IMG/VR virus record: IMGVR_UViG_3300034103_001442
Location: 1 to 64,000 of that record
Direction: 5' to 3' (one strand)
Origin: a virus
Length of the DNA: 64,000 bases
Position 1 is the first letter of the stretch; the number at the start of each line of letters is the position of its first letter. Shown in pieces: positions 22,001 through 32,102 of the stretch. Made by a program: the position numbers and the translations under genes. The notes under the pieces were generated by a model. That model was not told the origin of the DNA. It made no database searches and saw only the letters and a program-made list of their open reading frames with translations.

Positions 22001-24497
22001 ATACATTGAGTGCGCCAGTTGAAGAGTTGACATTTGCTGAACGTCCAGTGCGTGTCAAACTGATTGGAACGTTGTTTGGGAAATACAAAACTGCATTTCC
22101 AGTGATTGTGGTTCCTACAGTTAAAACAGTCTTCATCAATGTGTTGTTTACAACTTCACTGATTTGCGTTACAACGTTAGCAGTGGCGTTGGCCACTTGA
22201 ACAAAGTCTCCAGCCTTGAAGTCTGATGTAAATGTCGTTGTTGTACCAACTAGGTTACTTTGACCTGAAGTTGCATCAACTGTTCCTGCGCCATTTGCAT
22301 TTTTCTTATAGTTTGCAGTTGGAATTACCAAAACTTCATTTCTAACTGATGCTGGAATTTCGCCGCTGTATGGGAAATATTCATCAGCACTTGGCTTGGC
22401 TACTGAAATACCACCAGTGCTGTTTGCTGTGACTGAGGTATTGATTGTACGATAGGTATATTTGAGTGCCGTTGCAGACTTTGTAGCATCAAACGCCTTG
22501 ACCAATAGACCATTAAATTCTCTACCAGCGTCTTGAATGACTGCATCACCACCGCTTGAAAGAACAATGTCAGCAGCACCACGCGAAACTGAACTGCCAT
22601 CTTTGTAAATGACTGATCTTACATCGGCAAAGTTTTTACCAGCGTCCATTTCAACATCGAACAAATACAATTTGTAAACTGCATCTTTTGTTCCTGGGAC
22701 ACCGCTCTTCAAAATCAAGTTACGCATACGAGCGTAACCAATTCTCACGCCAGAGGCTGTGATCACACCCTTATCAGAACTGACTGAGTCAAGTGCTGCG
22801 CTATAAAGTTCTACACGGTCGGCATAGTTGAATCGGAAATATCCGACCAGTTCGTCAATTTCGACGAAATTACCATATGCAACTTTTACAGTTGCACCGC
22901 TGACTGACTCTGTTGAAGTTCCTTTGTCAACGTTTGCTGAATAAGTCGCAGCAGTTTCAACTCTATAACCTTGGAGATATGCTGTACCTGGATCAATAAA
23001 AATTTTGAAAATATTATTTGATTGAGCAATTGCTGTAGAGTCTTTAGTTGTTACATTAAATTGATCAAGGACATAGTTGCCTGACTCTTCAAAAGTACGT
23101 TTTGCCATCTCATCGCCGATGACATTGTATACTGTTTTCTTGTTTTGCTTATATGGTTTTCCATCAGCAAATTCGATGATTGGTAAAAAGTCGCTATTGG
23201 CATCAGCAACGCTTTTATCAAACACATAAAGTTTTGGATTGAGGTATAAACGGTCAGCGCCAGGAGCCGCATAGTTATATGTTCCCGTGGCATTATCAAG
23301 GAGTGACTGATCTTGGTTGCTATCAATGATAGACTCTTCAGTGTGGAAACCGACTGATTTTGTAAAGTTTGTATTTGAATATTTGTTTACAATTACAAGT
23401 TGGCGATCAACTTTACTGAAGAAACCCTTTTGATATACCGTTCCTTCATTAACGGTCATACCATAACCCATACCAATTGGGTCATTTACTGATGGAGCAA
23501 TTGGCACTGTTGTTTTAAAGTTTTGAGCCGTTACAGCCAACTGGGCAACCTTTGCTGCAGCCACGCCACTGCCATTGTTAGCAACCGTGACATGTGGCGA
23601 AACATAGTAACCCTCACCACTGTTGATCACTGAAATTGATGTGATTTTACCAAGAGTATCAGTAACTAGGGAAGCAACTGCACCAGTACCAACTACAGCG
23701 ACAACGTTTGCTGAGTTAGCACTTGTTGTGCTCTTGATCGTTTCTCCAGTTGAAAATCTCCAAAGTACACTGTTCGCGCCAGCAGATGCAACAAGGTTGT
23801 TAGCATATGGGCGAATTTTCAAAATCAAAACTTGAGAGTTAGCAGTGCCGTTGGCTTCGATAATTACGGCATTTGCGACACCGTTTTGAATCGTGTGACC
23901 TGCTGAAAATGCTCCAGCTGGAAATGTATTACCGCCAGTTGAGTTTGTTACAGCAATGGCTGATGTAATAACTACGGTGTCAGTGTTTGAAAAGTCTGAT
24001 GAACCGTCAGTTACAATGTATTTGAAAATTGGGTATGATGGGCTGTATACAGTTAGTGTTTGACCAGAGGAAAATGCGCTGGTGTTTGAATCTGAACCGC
24101 TGTTGAGGTATTTTACATACAGGGTGTTGAGGTTTGGTGACTGTGACTCGAAACCTGCTTCTGTTTTTACGATAAGCGCATTAACATTGCTGCTATTTTT
24201 TACATATAGATTTTGATATGATGCAACGTTTACTGGTGTGCCATCTGACTCTGTATCTTTTAGTTTTACATATGGTAGTGATGAGTGAAGAACAACGCCA
24301 CAACCCTCGATGATTGTGCCACGCTTGAAGATGTTATCGCCAAATTTCTCAATCTGATTTTGAAGGATTGACTGGAGTTGATTTAACTCACGAGCCTGTA
24401 GCGCGACTGATGGCTGGAAAAGCACACGGTAGTACTTTTTCGCTGGGTCAAAGTCGTCATGATATGGGGCTACGTTTAAGTCTGTTTGTAGAGCCAT
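19098..24497 (-). CDS. Large baseplate/virion structural protein, VrlC/DUF4815-like
   Basis: TDLNVAPYHDDFD...YYRVLFQP...QARELNQLQSILQNQIEKFGDNIFKRG, APGADR, RTFEESGNY and LERRIKDLEYY signatures. Confidence 0.85.
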   Translation of the reverse strand: MALQTDLNVAPYHDDFDPAKKYYRVLFQPSVALQARELNQLQSILQNQIEKFGDNIFKRGTIIEGCGVVLHSSLPYVKLKDTESDGTPVNVASYQNLYVKNSSNVNALIVKTEAGFESQSPNLNTLYVKYLNSGSDSNTSAFSSGQTLTVYSPSYPIFKYIVTDGSSDFSNTDTVVITSAIAVTNSTGGNTFPAGAFSAGHTIQNGVANAVIIEANGTANSQVLILKIRPYANNLVASAGANSVLWRFSTGETIKSTTSANSANVVAVVGTGAVASLVTDTLGKITSISVINSGEGYYVSPHVTVANNGSGVAAAKVAQLAVTAQNFKTTVPIAPSVNDPIGMGYGMTVNEGTVYQKGFFSKVDRQLVIVNKYSNTNFTKSVGFHTEESIIDSNQDQSLLDNATGTYNYAAPGADRLYLNPKLYVFDKSVADANSDFLPIIEFADGKPYKQNKKTVYNVIGDEMAKRTFEESGNYVLDQFNVTTKDSTAIAQSNNIFKIFIDPGTAYLQGYRVETAATYSANVDKGTSTESVSGATVKVAYGNFVEIDELVGYFRFNYADRVELYSAALDSVSSDKGVITASGVRIGYARMRNLILKSGVPGTKDAVYKLYLFDVEMDAGKNFADVRSVIYKDGSSVSRGAADIVLSSGGDAVIQDAGREFNGLLVKAFDATKSATALKYTYRTINTSVTANSTGGISVAKPSADEYFPYSGEIPASVRNEVLVIPTANYKKNANGAGTVDATSGQSNLVGTTTTFTSDFKAGDFVQVANATANVVTQISEVVNNTLMKTVLTVGTTITGNAVLYFPNNVPISLTRTGRSANVNSSTGALNVFLGTNLANSTGGSTSANVVLVYNVTANNVSPVAKNNNRNMYARLRMANNSANNTGPWALGHPDAFRLRGVWVANTASVAKSFNANTGVNDSTDFITIANNPFANGDQVTYSNTGGTTVVGGLANGSSYYVVFANSTGLALASTFGGANINITANTVSENHTLTGLPLHFTENTYGVTDVTNDYYLDHNQNEDFLDVSYLYLKPQKTKPTTNDSLLVKFDIFTTTGGAKSVSSYSINDGVSLTTLVSSNTDINTMEIPELFGKNDTYYDLRDQIDFRPTVANTIPRLSDVSNNSIINPGGGTASDRISTGTEWKFPLPNSDVISNIQYYLGRRDRVILDTSGVFSVVKGVPNVLDAYPPEPKNAMTLQRLIIPPYPSLPQSMSEDMIKIIDTKVANEKYTNRRAINYRVTTTLTADQIADIQVKNYQMVDIAALERRIKDLEYYVTVTLVNIIANSRYVPSSGDELIDRYKFGIFVDPMVDTRYCESLHPEFYATIENDFLVPKRSEQVLEFEYEVSPEFGGKTLYTLPYEEYTAISQLDATDGPITGTEQPPVSNTSGNVTIITTTQQIVCQYQNNVTTRYRNDEGTVYEEFQYVFSKLTGPARLYWGSRDNRGAVEIFQSLSENGPWTSITSSAIAYPIDNNTIIEESLTYGEFTRIESIGALERFSYGPVGGWLEEHFWMKWTHEPTLGQHIKVRVYKGDKGGRRSVPGSFTYKLCYPSDTQTNTVKVVTDPDSFDYVGIVHSVEPPNFTIIQGIERDVTDLWNTSRGGGNITTVRKFVADSQLFIVSVANLKPNTDHKFFIDGADKTSLCKQIRISTDVATALRSDENGLLAFDYYYDAGINEATSDLEEQNKLVASVAGEKQFKVESTDGNSFAGGTITIKSYIVAAEVGGTQNTKPIGDKVDTETGSTDSASKTTGGGGAIFVQDPSSRFNTIVNLNEFVNINFGDNITITSGRSDELPDRG

Positions 24498-24501
24498 TTA
24501 G

Positions 24502-26922
24502 TTAAAACTCCAGTATAATCTTTACAATTTCTGATTTATTGCCGCTGCGTGTAATCGGATCCAAGTTTTCGTAGTATAGAACCTGACCACTACCTTTTAC
24601 GAAATCTCCCTTGTATTTATTGTTTAAATATGAAAGGGATCCGTCACTATCGTCTCCTGATATTTCTCTGACACCTGATGGGTCAAGATTGAAAATACCA
24701 AACTCATTACTAATGTAGAGAATATCATCACCACTACCAGCCTGTATTTCGGCATGGTGTACATATCCACTAGGTTGAACTGCTGAAATAAGGCTGGCTT
24801 GCCTTACTTTTTCGTCTTCAATGAATGGTGTGCTGCCAGTAGTGAAGTCACCAACAAGTCTGGTCAATTGAACAGCGAGTGAGAAGTTGCCAGAATTGCG
24901 ATCATTGATTTGAATTCTTTGTCCAGATGGAGCATCGTCTCTGATAACTGATGTCGCTCCAGATGCTAAACCTACAATCTTGCTACCGACTGAAAATACC
25001 CCTGACACATTTGCAAGTGTGATTTGACCAGTGCTTACTGCAGTTACAACACCCTCTGCTGAAAATTCAAATTTTGAAAGTTCGGCGTTGTCAGCCGTAA
25101 ATGTGCTGTTTGATGCGCAGTTGATCTGATAATCTTGAGGAACGTTTGTAACAAGTCCAAGGTAGTTTTGAGTTGACTTGTTGACCAACACGTAGTCACC
25201 AACATTAAATGCATCTTTAAATACGGTTTGTTGCGGGTTGGCAAAATCGATACTGAATTGAGCATTTGATCCACCAGCGCCGCCAGTCACGTTGACTGAT
25301 ATTGCTGGTATTGAAGTATAACCAGAACCTTGGTTTGTGACAGTTACTGAAGTGATTGCACCAGAACCGTTATTGGCAAATGTCGCGGCTGCTCCAGCAC
25401 CACCCCCACCAGTAAATACGAGTTCGTTATTTGTCGTATTATCATAACCAGTGCCACCGTTAACAATTGTTATTGTACTAGCAAGCACCCCATTGTCGGT
25501 TTTGATAATAGTATTTGCAGTGCTGCTAATTGAAACGTTACCAAACAATTTGATTTTCTTATATTGCTTAACCGTTTCGCCGATGGAAAACGAACCCACT
25601 GATAAACTTGTATTTGTTGAGATTTCGACATTGTTAAATTGAGGATCTTTAATCAAACCAATTTGACGGAAGTCATTTTCAATTGGGATTGTAATACCGC
25701 CAACTGTCTCCGATTGATTAAACTTCGTACTGATACAAATACGATTTGCACCGAGTTCTGTATATGGGTCAGAACCGTGACCGCCCTTTGGAGAAACGAT
25801 TGCCTTCAAATCTGCTACTTTAAATGTAGCACTTGACTTAATAACCGTAGGGAGGTCGATAAAGACGCTTGATGCGGTGTATGGGACTTCTACTGATGAT
25901 TCGCCAGCAACAGCCTCAGCATATCTGTAACCTGCTCCTGGCTCTAGGATCTCAACTTCAGAAATGGAATTTGCTGCGGTTGAATCAACTTTTGCTATGG
26001 CTTCTGCTGGAGTAGTCTCATTTCCATCACCCCAAACATAAATGTATGGGTAAACTTCATAGGTGTCATTGACTGCTGGTGGCGTGCCAAACCCTTCGTT
26101 CAAAATGAATAGTTTTTGAGCGCCTGTTCCTTCATAATTTACAATGCGACGAAATTGACCTGCTTGTGCTCCCGATGTAATTTTTAGTACACAACTGCGA
26201 TAGTAGTCATCAATTGTTGATGCTGTTTCTGGGGCGCCATAAGTTGTATCAGAACCGAAAACGCGGATGTCGCCAGTTTTAAACACACCGCTTGCAATAT
26301 AGTTGTCATACCCTTTACCAGCGTCGACAATTTTAATTACTTCGATTCTGCCTGGCACTGCGCCAGTGATTATGCTTGTATTTGGGGTGACTGGAACATA
26401 TGACAATGAAGCAAACTTCTCAAAATCTGTTTTAGTGATGGTGTACATGTATTTCCAAACATAATCATCACTGGTTTTGATTGGCTCTAAATCTGCAGCA
26501 CTTCCCGCGCGAACTGGTTTTGCGGTTGAGTTAGCCCCATTATTGTTAAACAAACATTTCCAAACGTTATACTCGGTGTCATCGTTTGTTACAATGAAGA
26601 ACTGTTTATCGTATAAATCGCCATCATCATGAGCGTATGCATCATAAACTGTATCAGTTGTCCAATTGTACCTTGGAATTACATGGACAACATCGCTTGA
26701 TGCAACTTTTTTAGCAAACACCATGTTGTTGTAAACATCAAGGTGTGTATCCTTTACACTATTTGTTGGGTCATCAAGGATAGTGTCACCACCAGCATAT
26801 GGAATGTGGTTTCCAACATACACAAAGTACTGGTTATTTGATTGCTCTGTAATTGACTCCAAAAATTGTGCAGCATTGTGCACATTAAAATTTTTGGTTA
26901 CAAGTTTTTTGGTAACTGACAT
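24502..26922 (-). CDS. gp8: Baseplate wedge subunit gp8 (extended)
   Basis: IPRYNWT...YDAY...NVWKCLFNNNG..ST.KP...DDYVWKYMYTI, SPKGGHGSDP..EL, FRQIGLIKDP, SGQVLYYEN...E.VKIILEF. Confidence 0.85.
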   Translation of the reverse strand: MSVTKKLVTKNFNVHNAAQFLESITEQSNNQYFVYVGNHIPYAGGDTILDDPTNSVKDTHLDVYNNMVFAKKVASSDVVHVIPRYNWTTDTVYDAYAHDDGDLYDKQFFIVTNDDTEYNVWKCLFNNNGANSTAKPVRAGSAADLEPIKTSDDYVWKYMYTITKTDFEKFASLSYVPVTPNTSIITGAVPGRIEVIKIVDAGKGYDNYIASGVFKTGDIRVFGSDTTYGAPETASTIDDYYRSCVLKITSGAQAGQFRRIVNYEGTGAQKLFILNEGFGTPPAVNDTYEVYPYIYVWGDGNETTPAEAIAKVDSTAANSISEVEILEPGAGYRYAEAVAGESSVEVPYTASSVFIDLPTVIKSSATFKVADLKAIVSPKGGHGSDPYTELGANRICISTKFNQSETVGGITIPIENDFRQIGLIKDPQFNNVEISTNTSLSVGSFSIGETVKQYKKIKLFGNVSISSTANTIIKTDNGVLASTITIVNGGTGYDNTTNNELVFTGGGGAGAAATFANNGSGAITSVTVTNQGSGYTSIPAISVNVTGGAGGSNAQFSIDFANPQQTVFKDAFNVGDYVLVNKSTQNYLGLVTNVPQDYQINCASNSTFTADNAELSKFEFSAEGVVTAVSTGQITLANVSGVFSVGSKIVGLASGATSVIRDDAPSGQRIQINDRNSGNFSLAVQLTRLVGDFTTGSTPFIEDEKVRQASLISAVQPSGYVHHAEIQAGSGDDILYISNEFGIFNLDPSGVREISGDDSDGSLSYLNNKYKGDFVKGSGQVLYYENLDPITRSGNKSEIVKIILEF

Positions 26923-29900
26923 TAAGTTTCCTCAACGATCTTGATCAGGTAGTGACCAACTTCTGACGAGCCTTTCGCTGTAATATTTATAGGCGATCCC
27001 GTAGAGGTTGTTGCCAACTGTAGAGAAATTGGATTTGTATTTTTGGCATAGTAAATTTGGTTGTTTGTCAATCCAGTCAACGCAGTGACTGCAGTCTGAG
27101 TTCTGTAAATGATTTGATCGCCATTTGCAATTGGGTTTACGTAACTTGTAAACTTGTGACCCCACTCTGTCGCCACACTTGGTGCAATTGGTAGTGGTGA
27201 GCCATTTGCTACTGATGATAGTTTCACACCGAGGGTGTTCGCCTGTACAATGTAATAGTAGTTTCCATTAGTCAATCCATTGATTGCAGTATTACCTGCT
27301 GAGACTTGATACCTGATGTAATCATTATTTGAGAATGGATTTTTGAATACAGTGATGAAGTCTGTAGAGTTATCAATTTGAGCAGGATTGATATTGCGAT
27401 AATTTTTCTCGATATCAACTTGAATTCTTTCAGTTGAACTATTGACATCATCTGCTGCATCAAACTCGATTTCTAGACCAGTTGCAATTTCTGAAATCGT
27501 AACTGGGGCTGAGTCCTCTTCAACAACAAGTGCTGAACCGAAAAACTTGGTTCCAGCAGTGTGCATAACTTTCTTAAACATATCAGAGTATTTGTCAACT
27601 GATAGTTTTGAGAAAATTTCATATGAATACTCTTGATAGTAGTCGCCATCATGAATGTACATGTCGGCTGACAAAAAGCCCTTTGAACTTCTGTAGTAGC
27701 CCTTTCCAGTTCCGTGACCGCCGATGATCACTTTAATACTGGCTGAACGTAAATTATCTTCAGAATTTACCTGAACAATTTCTCCGTTGGAGTAGCCCAC
27801 CCCAGAGTCAACAACTGATAGTCCAGCGATTTGTCCATTGGCGGTGATAACGTTTGCTGAAATATCAGCATTCAAACCAATTGGATACTCTCTATAATCT
27901 TGTTTGACGCTTACAACATTTGCGACCGCGCCAGAAGTGTCACCAGTAATTTCAATATTTTCTTGAAATGTATTTTCAAATGTGATACGCTCTAAGAAAA
28001 GTGTCGTTGTATTTGATCCTGGTTTTACAAGACCTTTGGCTGTGCTTACAATTGAAACTAATTCAACATTTGAAACTACAGCGTTGACATATGGGTTTGT
28101 ATATGACTGTAGGTTGAAACCATTAGCCAAGGTATTTTCAACGCCATTTACTCTTACGAACTTGTTTGTTCCAGTTCTTACTGAGTTTACAAATGCGTTT
28201 GCGACAGACTTGAGCGTATGATTTTCGCTTAAACCAGCAGTTAAATCAAGAGCAGTACCACCAGTAGTTGTTGCTAGTTTTAAGGTATTGCCTGAAGTTC
28301 CTGTTACATAATAGTAGGAATTGTTTGACAATCCTGTTAAAACTGTTCCAGCTGCGCCAGTGTAATATAGGACACGGTCGCCATTTGCAAATGGGCGGTC
28401 AGCAATTGTAATCGTATTTGCTGATGAGTCAACGGCACTTAATGCATTAAATGTTGTAGTGATTTGTTGATATACTTTATCTTTTGGTAAAAATCCAGCA
28501 ATTGTAGCAAAATAATGTCCAGCCTCGTTTGTTGCGGCTGCAGTCAAGTCGAGGGCAGTACCACCAAGTGTTGATGACAGTTTAATAGCAACACTGTTAC
28601 TTCCAACAACATAATATGCGGCTGCGTTTGTGAGACCAGTTACCGCAGTGTTTCCTGTAGTTGTTGTATATAATATTTGAACATCGTTGGCATATGGATT
28701 TGAATAGTTACGGAGAACGTGACCATTATATCCATCATTGTAGTATTTTAAGTAGTGACCATTGCCGCCAGGATTCAAACCGACAATATCAACGTTTGCG
28801 CCGCCAGAGGTTAGTGACAAAGCCAAGCCAGTGCTGTTCGCTGCGACAACATAATAAATTGAATTGTTTGTCAACCCTGTTAATGCGGTGTTGCCCGTAC
28901 CAGTATAATATTTGACACGATCTCCATTACTGAATAATGTGCTGGCGCTTGCTATAGAAATAAAATCAATGGCGCTGCTGACATTAGTATTTGAGTGGAA
29001 GTTTGCAGTGTTAGTGCTGGTCAAATCAACATTAGCACCACCTGCTGTTGCAGACAGTGTTATAGTATTTCCAGTTACGTTTTTTACGAAATAGAAAGTG
29101 TTATTTGACAAACCGCCAAGTGCTGTGTTAGCATCAACAGTGTAGTAGCGAACTAGGTCATTTGCTGCAAATGGATTTCCAGCAATTGTAATTGTATTGG
29201 CGTCATTGTCAACATCAGTTGAGATATTGAAAGTGACTGTATTTGATGGCATGTAAATCGCATTTGCTGTTCCTTCGACTTCATCTTTAGAATTGAATCC
29301 GAGTGTCACTTCGTTATATGTGTTTCCATAAACACCACTATCAACTTTCAGATCATAAAATTGAAGGTTGGCTTGAACTTGATTTACCTTTTCTCCAACA
29401 GCAAAAGAACTTGTAGCATCTTTAACTGTCATTTCATAATCATGACGCCCGAAACCAGCAATTGGTTTTTCGTATACAAGCACATATGGGTCAACGTTGT
29501 AATCCGCTCCTGGGTCAACGTTGATCAGTGAGCCAATTGTACCAATTTCAAAACGACCAAATGACAAACAGGAGTAAATGGTATCTTTGAAGTCGCCCTG
29601 TGGATTTTTTGGGAATCCAAATGCGGCTGCGCGAGGTGATAGGGTATAAAATGCCTGATTTGCAGTTGTTATTGTCGCTGCTACGCCAACGGCTGAAATA
29701 GCAGAATTTGTTGATGGTGTTTTGTACAAAATCAAATTGCTATTACCATAAGTGGTAACACTGGCTCCAGCAGCAGTGGTGCCAAATAGATTGTAAACGG
29801 ATTTTACACTAATATCAGTTCCTGATATATTATACACTGTGCCATATGCAACTTTGTATAGGTAGTGACCTTCCTCGCTTACTGTAGCATTATTTGCAAA

Positions 29901-32102
29901 ATTGGAATTTGTTGTATTAATTTGTGTCAGTTTGTTCCAAGTGTATGATAATATCACACCAGTACTGTTGGCAAATGAGACATAATAGTAGTCATCATTA
30001 ACCAAACCATTAACAACTGTATTTCCTGATGCTGCTTGGTATTTGACAATATCACCAGCAATAATTCTAGTGCTCACATCAGATGGCAAAGTGATAAACC
30101 CAGTTGTTGGATTTATTGCTGTGTTTGGATTAAATGCAATCTTATTGTATTCCTGGTAAACATAATCACCAACAGCAAAACCGCTAGCAGAGCCTACAGT
30201 GATTACGCTTCTGCTATAGTTCAAACTGCTTTGATTGTTTGCTGCAATAAGATCAGTACCGATAAATATGACTTCAGTTTCGCCAATTGTACCAACGTTA
30301 AATCCAGCACCTGATCCAAGACTTACGGATACAACATTTGCGTTTGTATTTGAATAAATGCCGAATGCGAGTGACTGTGGTGAGTTTACAAAGTCGCCAC
30401 CCTCAGTTTCAACTGAATAGGTTACAAGTGTTGCTTGGGCGTTATTCGATTGGGTGTAAATCTTTTGAGTATCTTCAAAATAACCACTCATCGGGATAAT
30501 TGAAAGGTTGCCAGTTCCCGCATCATATGATGAAGTGAGAACAAGTCCCTTGGCGGTTACTTTATTTGCATCATTATACTGATAAACGTATGGCGTAAAT
30601 GCGATATTTGCGTTGGTGGCTGAATTATATTTTAGCCTGTAAATGCTCTTGTTAATATTATACACACCAAGTGATGTATCAACATTGGTGACGGTGGCAT
30701 TAAATACAGCACTGTCTTCATTTTTGATTGTTGTTTTCTTAAACGCCCCGACAGCATTTGCGACGTAAATTGTATTTCCCGTAGCAATAGGGGAAACGTT
30801 TGAAACCTGACCCCTAGCAAAAATGCCAAGAGAGTTTGACTGATAAACGTGATCACCAACTTGTATATCACCAGTTTGACTTGTGATATTAATGGTATAG
30901 GTATTTGGAATACCCATAGCCTGAGAACTAATTGTTCTGTCTTCAACTGACTGGACTGAAATAGAAACAGCATTTCCAGTTGTATAATAAGTTCTTGAGT
31001 TTGCAAATGGACCAGTCAGCAGTGGTCTAATTGTAATATCGCCGCTTGCGCCAACTTGGTTTGAACTTAATACAACACCTGAAGATGACACTGTGTTGTT
31101 GGCGTGATAACTGTAAACAATATCACCAGCAACAACGTTTGAAGTGGCAGAAATGAAGTTTGCATTTACAAGAGGCTGAACAACTGTTTCAAAAAGTTTG
31201 AATGTTAAATTGCTGGTTGAGGTAGGAATGACATTTGAAAGGTTGAGCACCTTTTCTGATACAATAGCATTTGCGCTTAATGTATAACCCCATCCGCCAT
31301 CGACGAAAATAAAGTCCACAACACCAGTGGCTTCAGAAACTGCAGTAACTCTAGCAAGACCACCAGTTCCTCTGAGTGAACCGCTGAATGATACGATGTC
31401 GCCGACCTTGAAGTTTCTTCCCTTGTCTTGAATCAAAACTTGGTCAACAGAACCAATAAGACTTGCACGTTTTGCGGAGTCATAAGTTGGTGTGCCATTT
31501 ACACTGATACCGATTACTTCACCTTTTTGGAAGTTTCCTTGACGACCAGAAATGTAAAGCAGGTTTACATATCCGTAACCCGCTCTGCGGCGAATGTATC
31601 GTTCAACGAATGCTGTGGCTCCTGATAATGAGCCAATGATTTGTTTACCGACATAATCAACGTTGAACTTTGAGTAATTGATTTCAAGATACTCTGGACG
31701 CTCCCAAATACCATCCGAAACACGGAGGATTTTTTCACCAGGATATCCGACTTCAGCACTTGTACCATAAACAAGTTTGAAGAACAAGTCGATCGAACGT
31801 TCAGTTCCTTTTGAACGATAAAGTTCAAGTGAGTTTTTAATCAACAACTGTTTGTTGGTTGCCGTGTCAAACTGAATGTTTTTGAGATACTTTTCTTTGA
31901 AGTAAACAATAAACTCATCAAGTGTTGTATCAATATCACGGAGGTCAGTTAGTCTACGAGCATACCATAATGGGTTGTTCGTACTTTCAAGCCACTCATA
32001 ATATGCCTTGACAAACGCAATGAACTGGCTACCCTCCTCACGATAAAAAGAGGGAAACTGAGACTCAACAAATGGGGAGATTAATTTCTCAAACTGTTTC
32101 AT
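26922..32102 (-). CDS. gp7: Baseplate wedge initiator gp7-like, with inserted repeated beta domains
   Basis: SQFPSFYRE...FVKAYYEWLE...DIDTT...LYRSKGTERS...FKLVYG; C-terminal HDGDYYQEYSYEI...HTAGTKFFG; lies between gp6 and gp8. Confidence 0.8.
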   Translation of the reverse strand: MKQFEKLISPFVESQFPSFYREEGSQFIAFVKAYYEWLESTNNPLWYARRLTDLRDIDTTLDEFIVYFKEKYLKNIQFDTATNKQLLIKNSLELYRSKGTERSIDLFFKLVYGTSAEVGYPGEKILRVSDGIWERPEYLEINYSKFNVDYVGKQIIGSLSGATAFVERYIRRRAGYGYVNLLYISGRQGNFQKGEVIGISVNGTPTYDSAKRASLIGSVDQVLIQDKGRNFKVGDIVSFSGSLRGTGGLARVTAVSEATGVVDFIFVDGGWGYTLSANAIVSEKVLNLSNVIPTSTSNLTFKLFETVVQPLVNANFISATSNVVAGDIVYSYHANNTVSSSGVVLSSNQVGASGDITIRPLLTGPFANSRTYYTTGNAVSISVQSVEDRTISSQAMGIPNTYTINITSQTGDIQVGDHVYQSNSLGIFARGQVSNVSPIATGNTIYVANAVGAFKKTTIKNEDSAVFNATVTNVDTSLGVYNINKSIYRLKYNSATNANIAFTPYVYQYNDANKVTAKGLVLTSSYDAGTGNLSIIPMSGYFEDTQKIYTQSNNAQATLVTYSVETEGGDFVNSPQSLAFGIYSNTNANVVSVSLGSGAGFNVGTIGETEVIFIGTDLIAANNQSSLNYSRSVITVGSASGFAVGDYVYQEYNKIAFNPNTAINPTTGFITLPSDVSTRIIAGDIVKYQAASGNTVVNGLVNDDYYYVSFANSTGVILSYTWNKLTQINTTNSNFANNATVSEEGHYLYKVAYGTVYNISGTDISVKSVYNLFGTTAAGASVTTYGNSNLILYKTPSTNSAISAVGVAATITTANQAFYTLSPRAAAFGFPKNPQGDFKDTIYSCLSFGRFEIGTIGSLINVDPGADYNVDPYVLVYEKPIAGFGRHDYEMTVKDATSSFAVGEKVNQVQANLQFYDLKVDSGVYGNTYNEVTLGFNSKDEVEGTANAIYMPSNTVTFNISTDVDNDANTITIAGNPFAANDLVRYYTVDANTALGGLSNNTFYFVKNVTGNTITLSATAGGANVDLTSTNTANFHSNTNVSSAIDFISIASASTLFSNGDRVKYYTGTGNTALTGLTNNSIYYVVAANSTGLALSLTSGGANVDIVGLNPGGNGHYLKYYNDGYNGHVLRNYSNPYANDVQILYTTTTGNTAVTGLTNAAAYYVVGSNSVAIKLSSTLGGTALDLTAAATNEAGHYFATIAGFLPKDKVYQQITTTFNALSAVDSSANTITIADRPFANGDRVLYYTGAAGTVLTGLSNNSYYYVTGTSGNTLKLATTTGGTALDLTAGLSENHTLKSVANAFVNSVRTGTNKFVRVNGVENTLANGFNLQSYTNPYVNAVVSNVELVSIVSTAKGLVKPGSNTTTLFLERITFENTFQENIEITGDTSGAVANVVSVKQDYREYPIGLNADISANVITANGQIAGLSVVDSGVGYSNGEIVQVNSEDNLRSASIKVIIGGHGTGKGYYRSSKGFLSADMYIHDGDYYQEYSYEIFSKLSVDKYSDMFKKVMHTAGTKFFGSALVVEEDSAPVTISEIATGLEIEFDAADDVNSSTERIQVDIEKNYRNINPAQIDNSTDFITVFKNPFSNNDYIRYQVSAGNTAINGLTNGNYYYIVQANTLGVKLSSVANGSPLPIAPSVATEWGHKFTSYVNPIANGDQIIYRTQTAVTALTGLTNNQIYYAKNTNPISLQLATTSTGSPINITAKGSSEVGHYLIKIVEET

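Noticed and set aside
16961-24497. Stop-codon recoding or a broken VrlC gene
   Set aside because: Both ORFs are intact in code 11, separated by a late promoter and SD; TAA, TAG and TGA all serve as stops and coding density is high.
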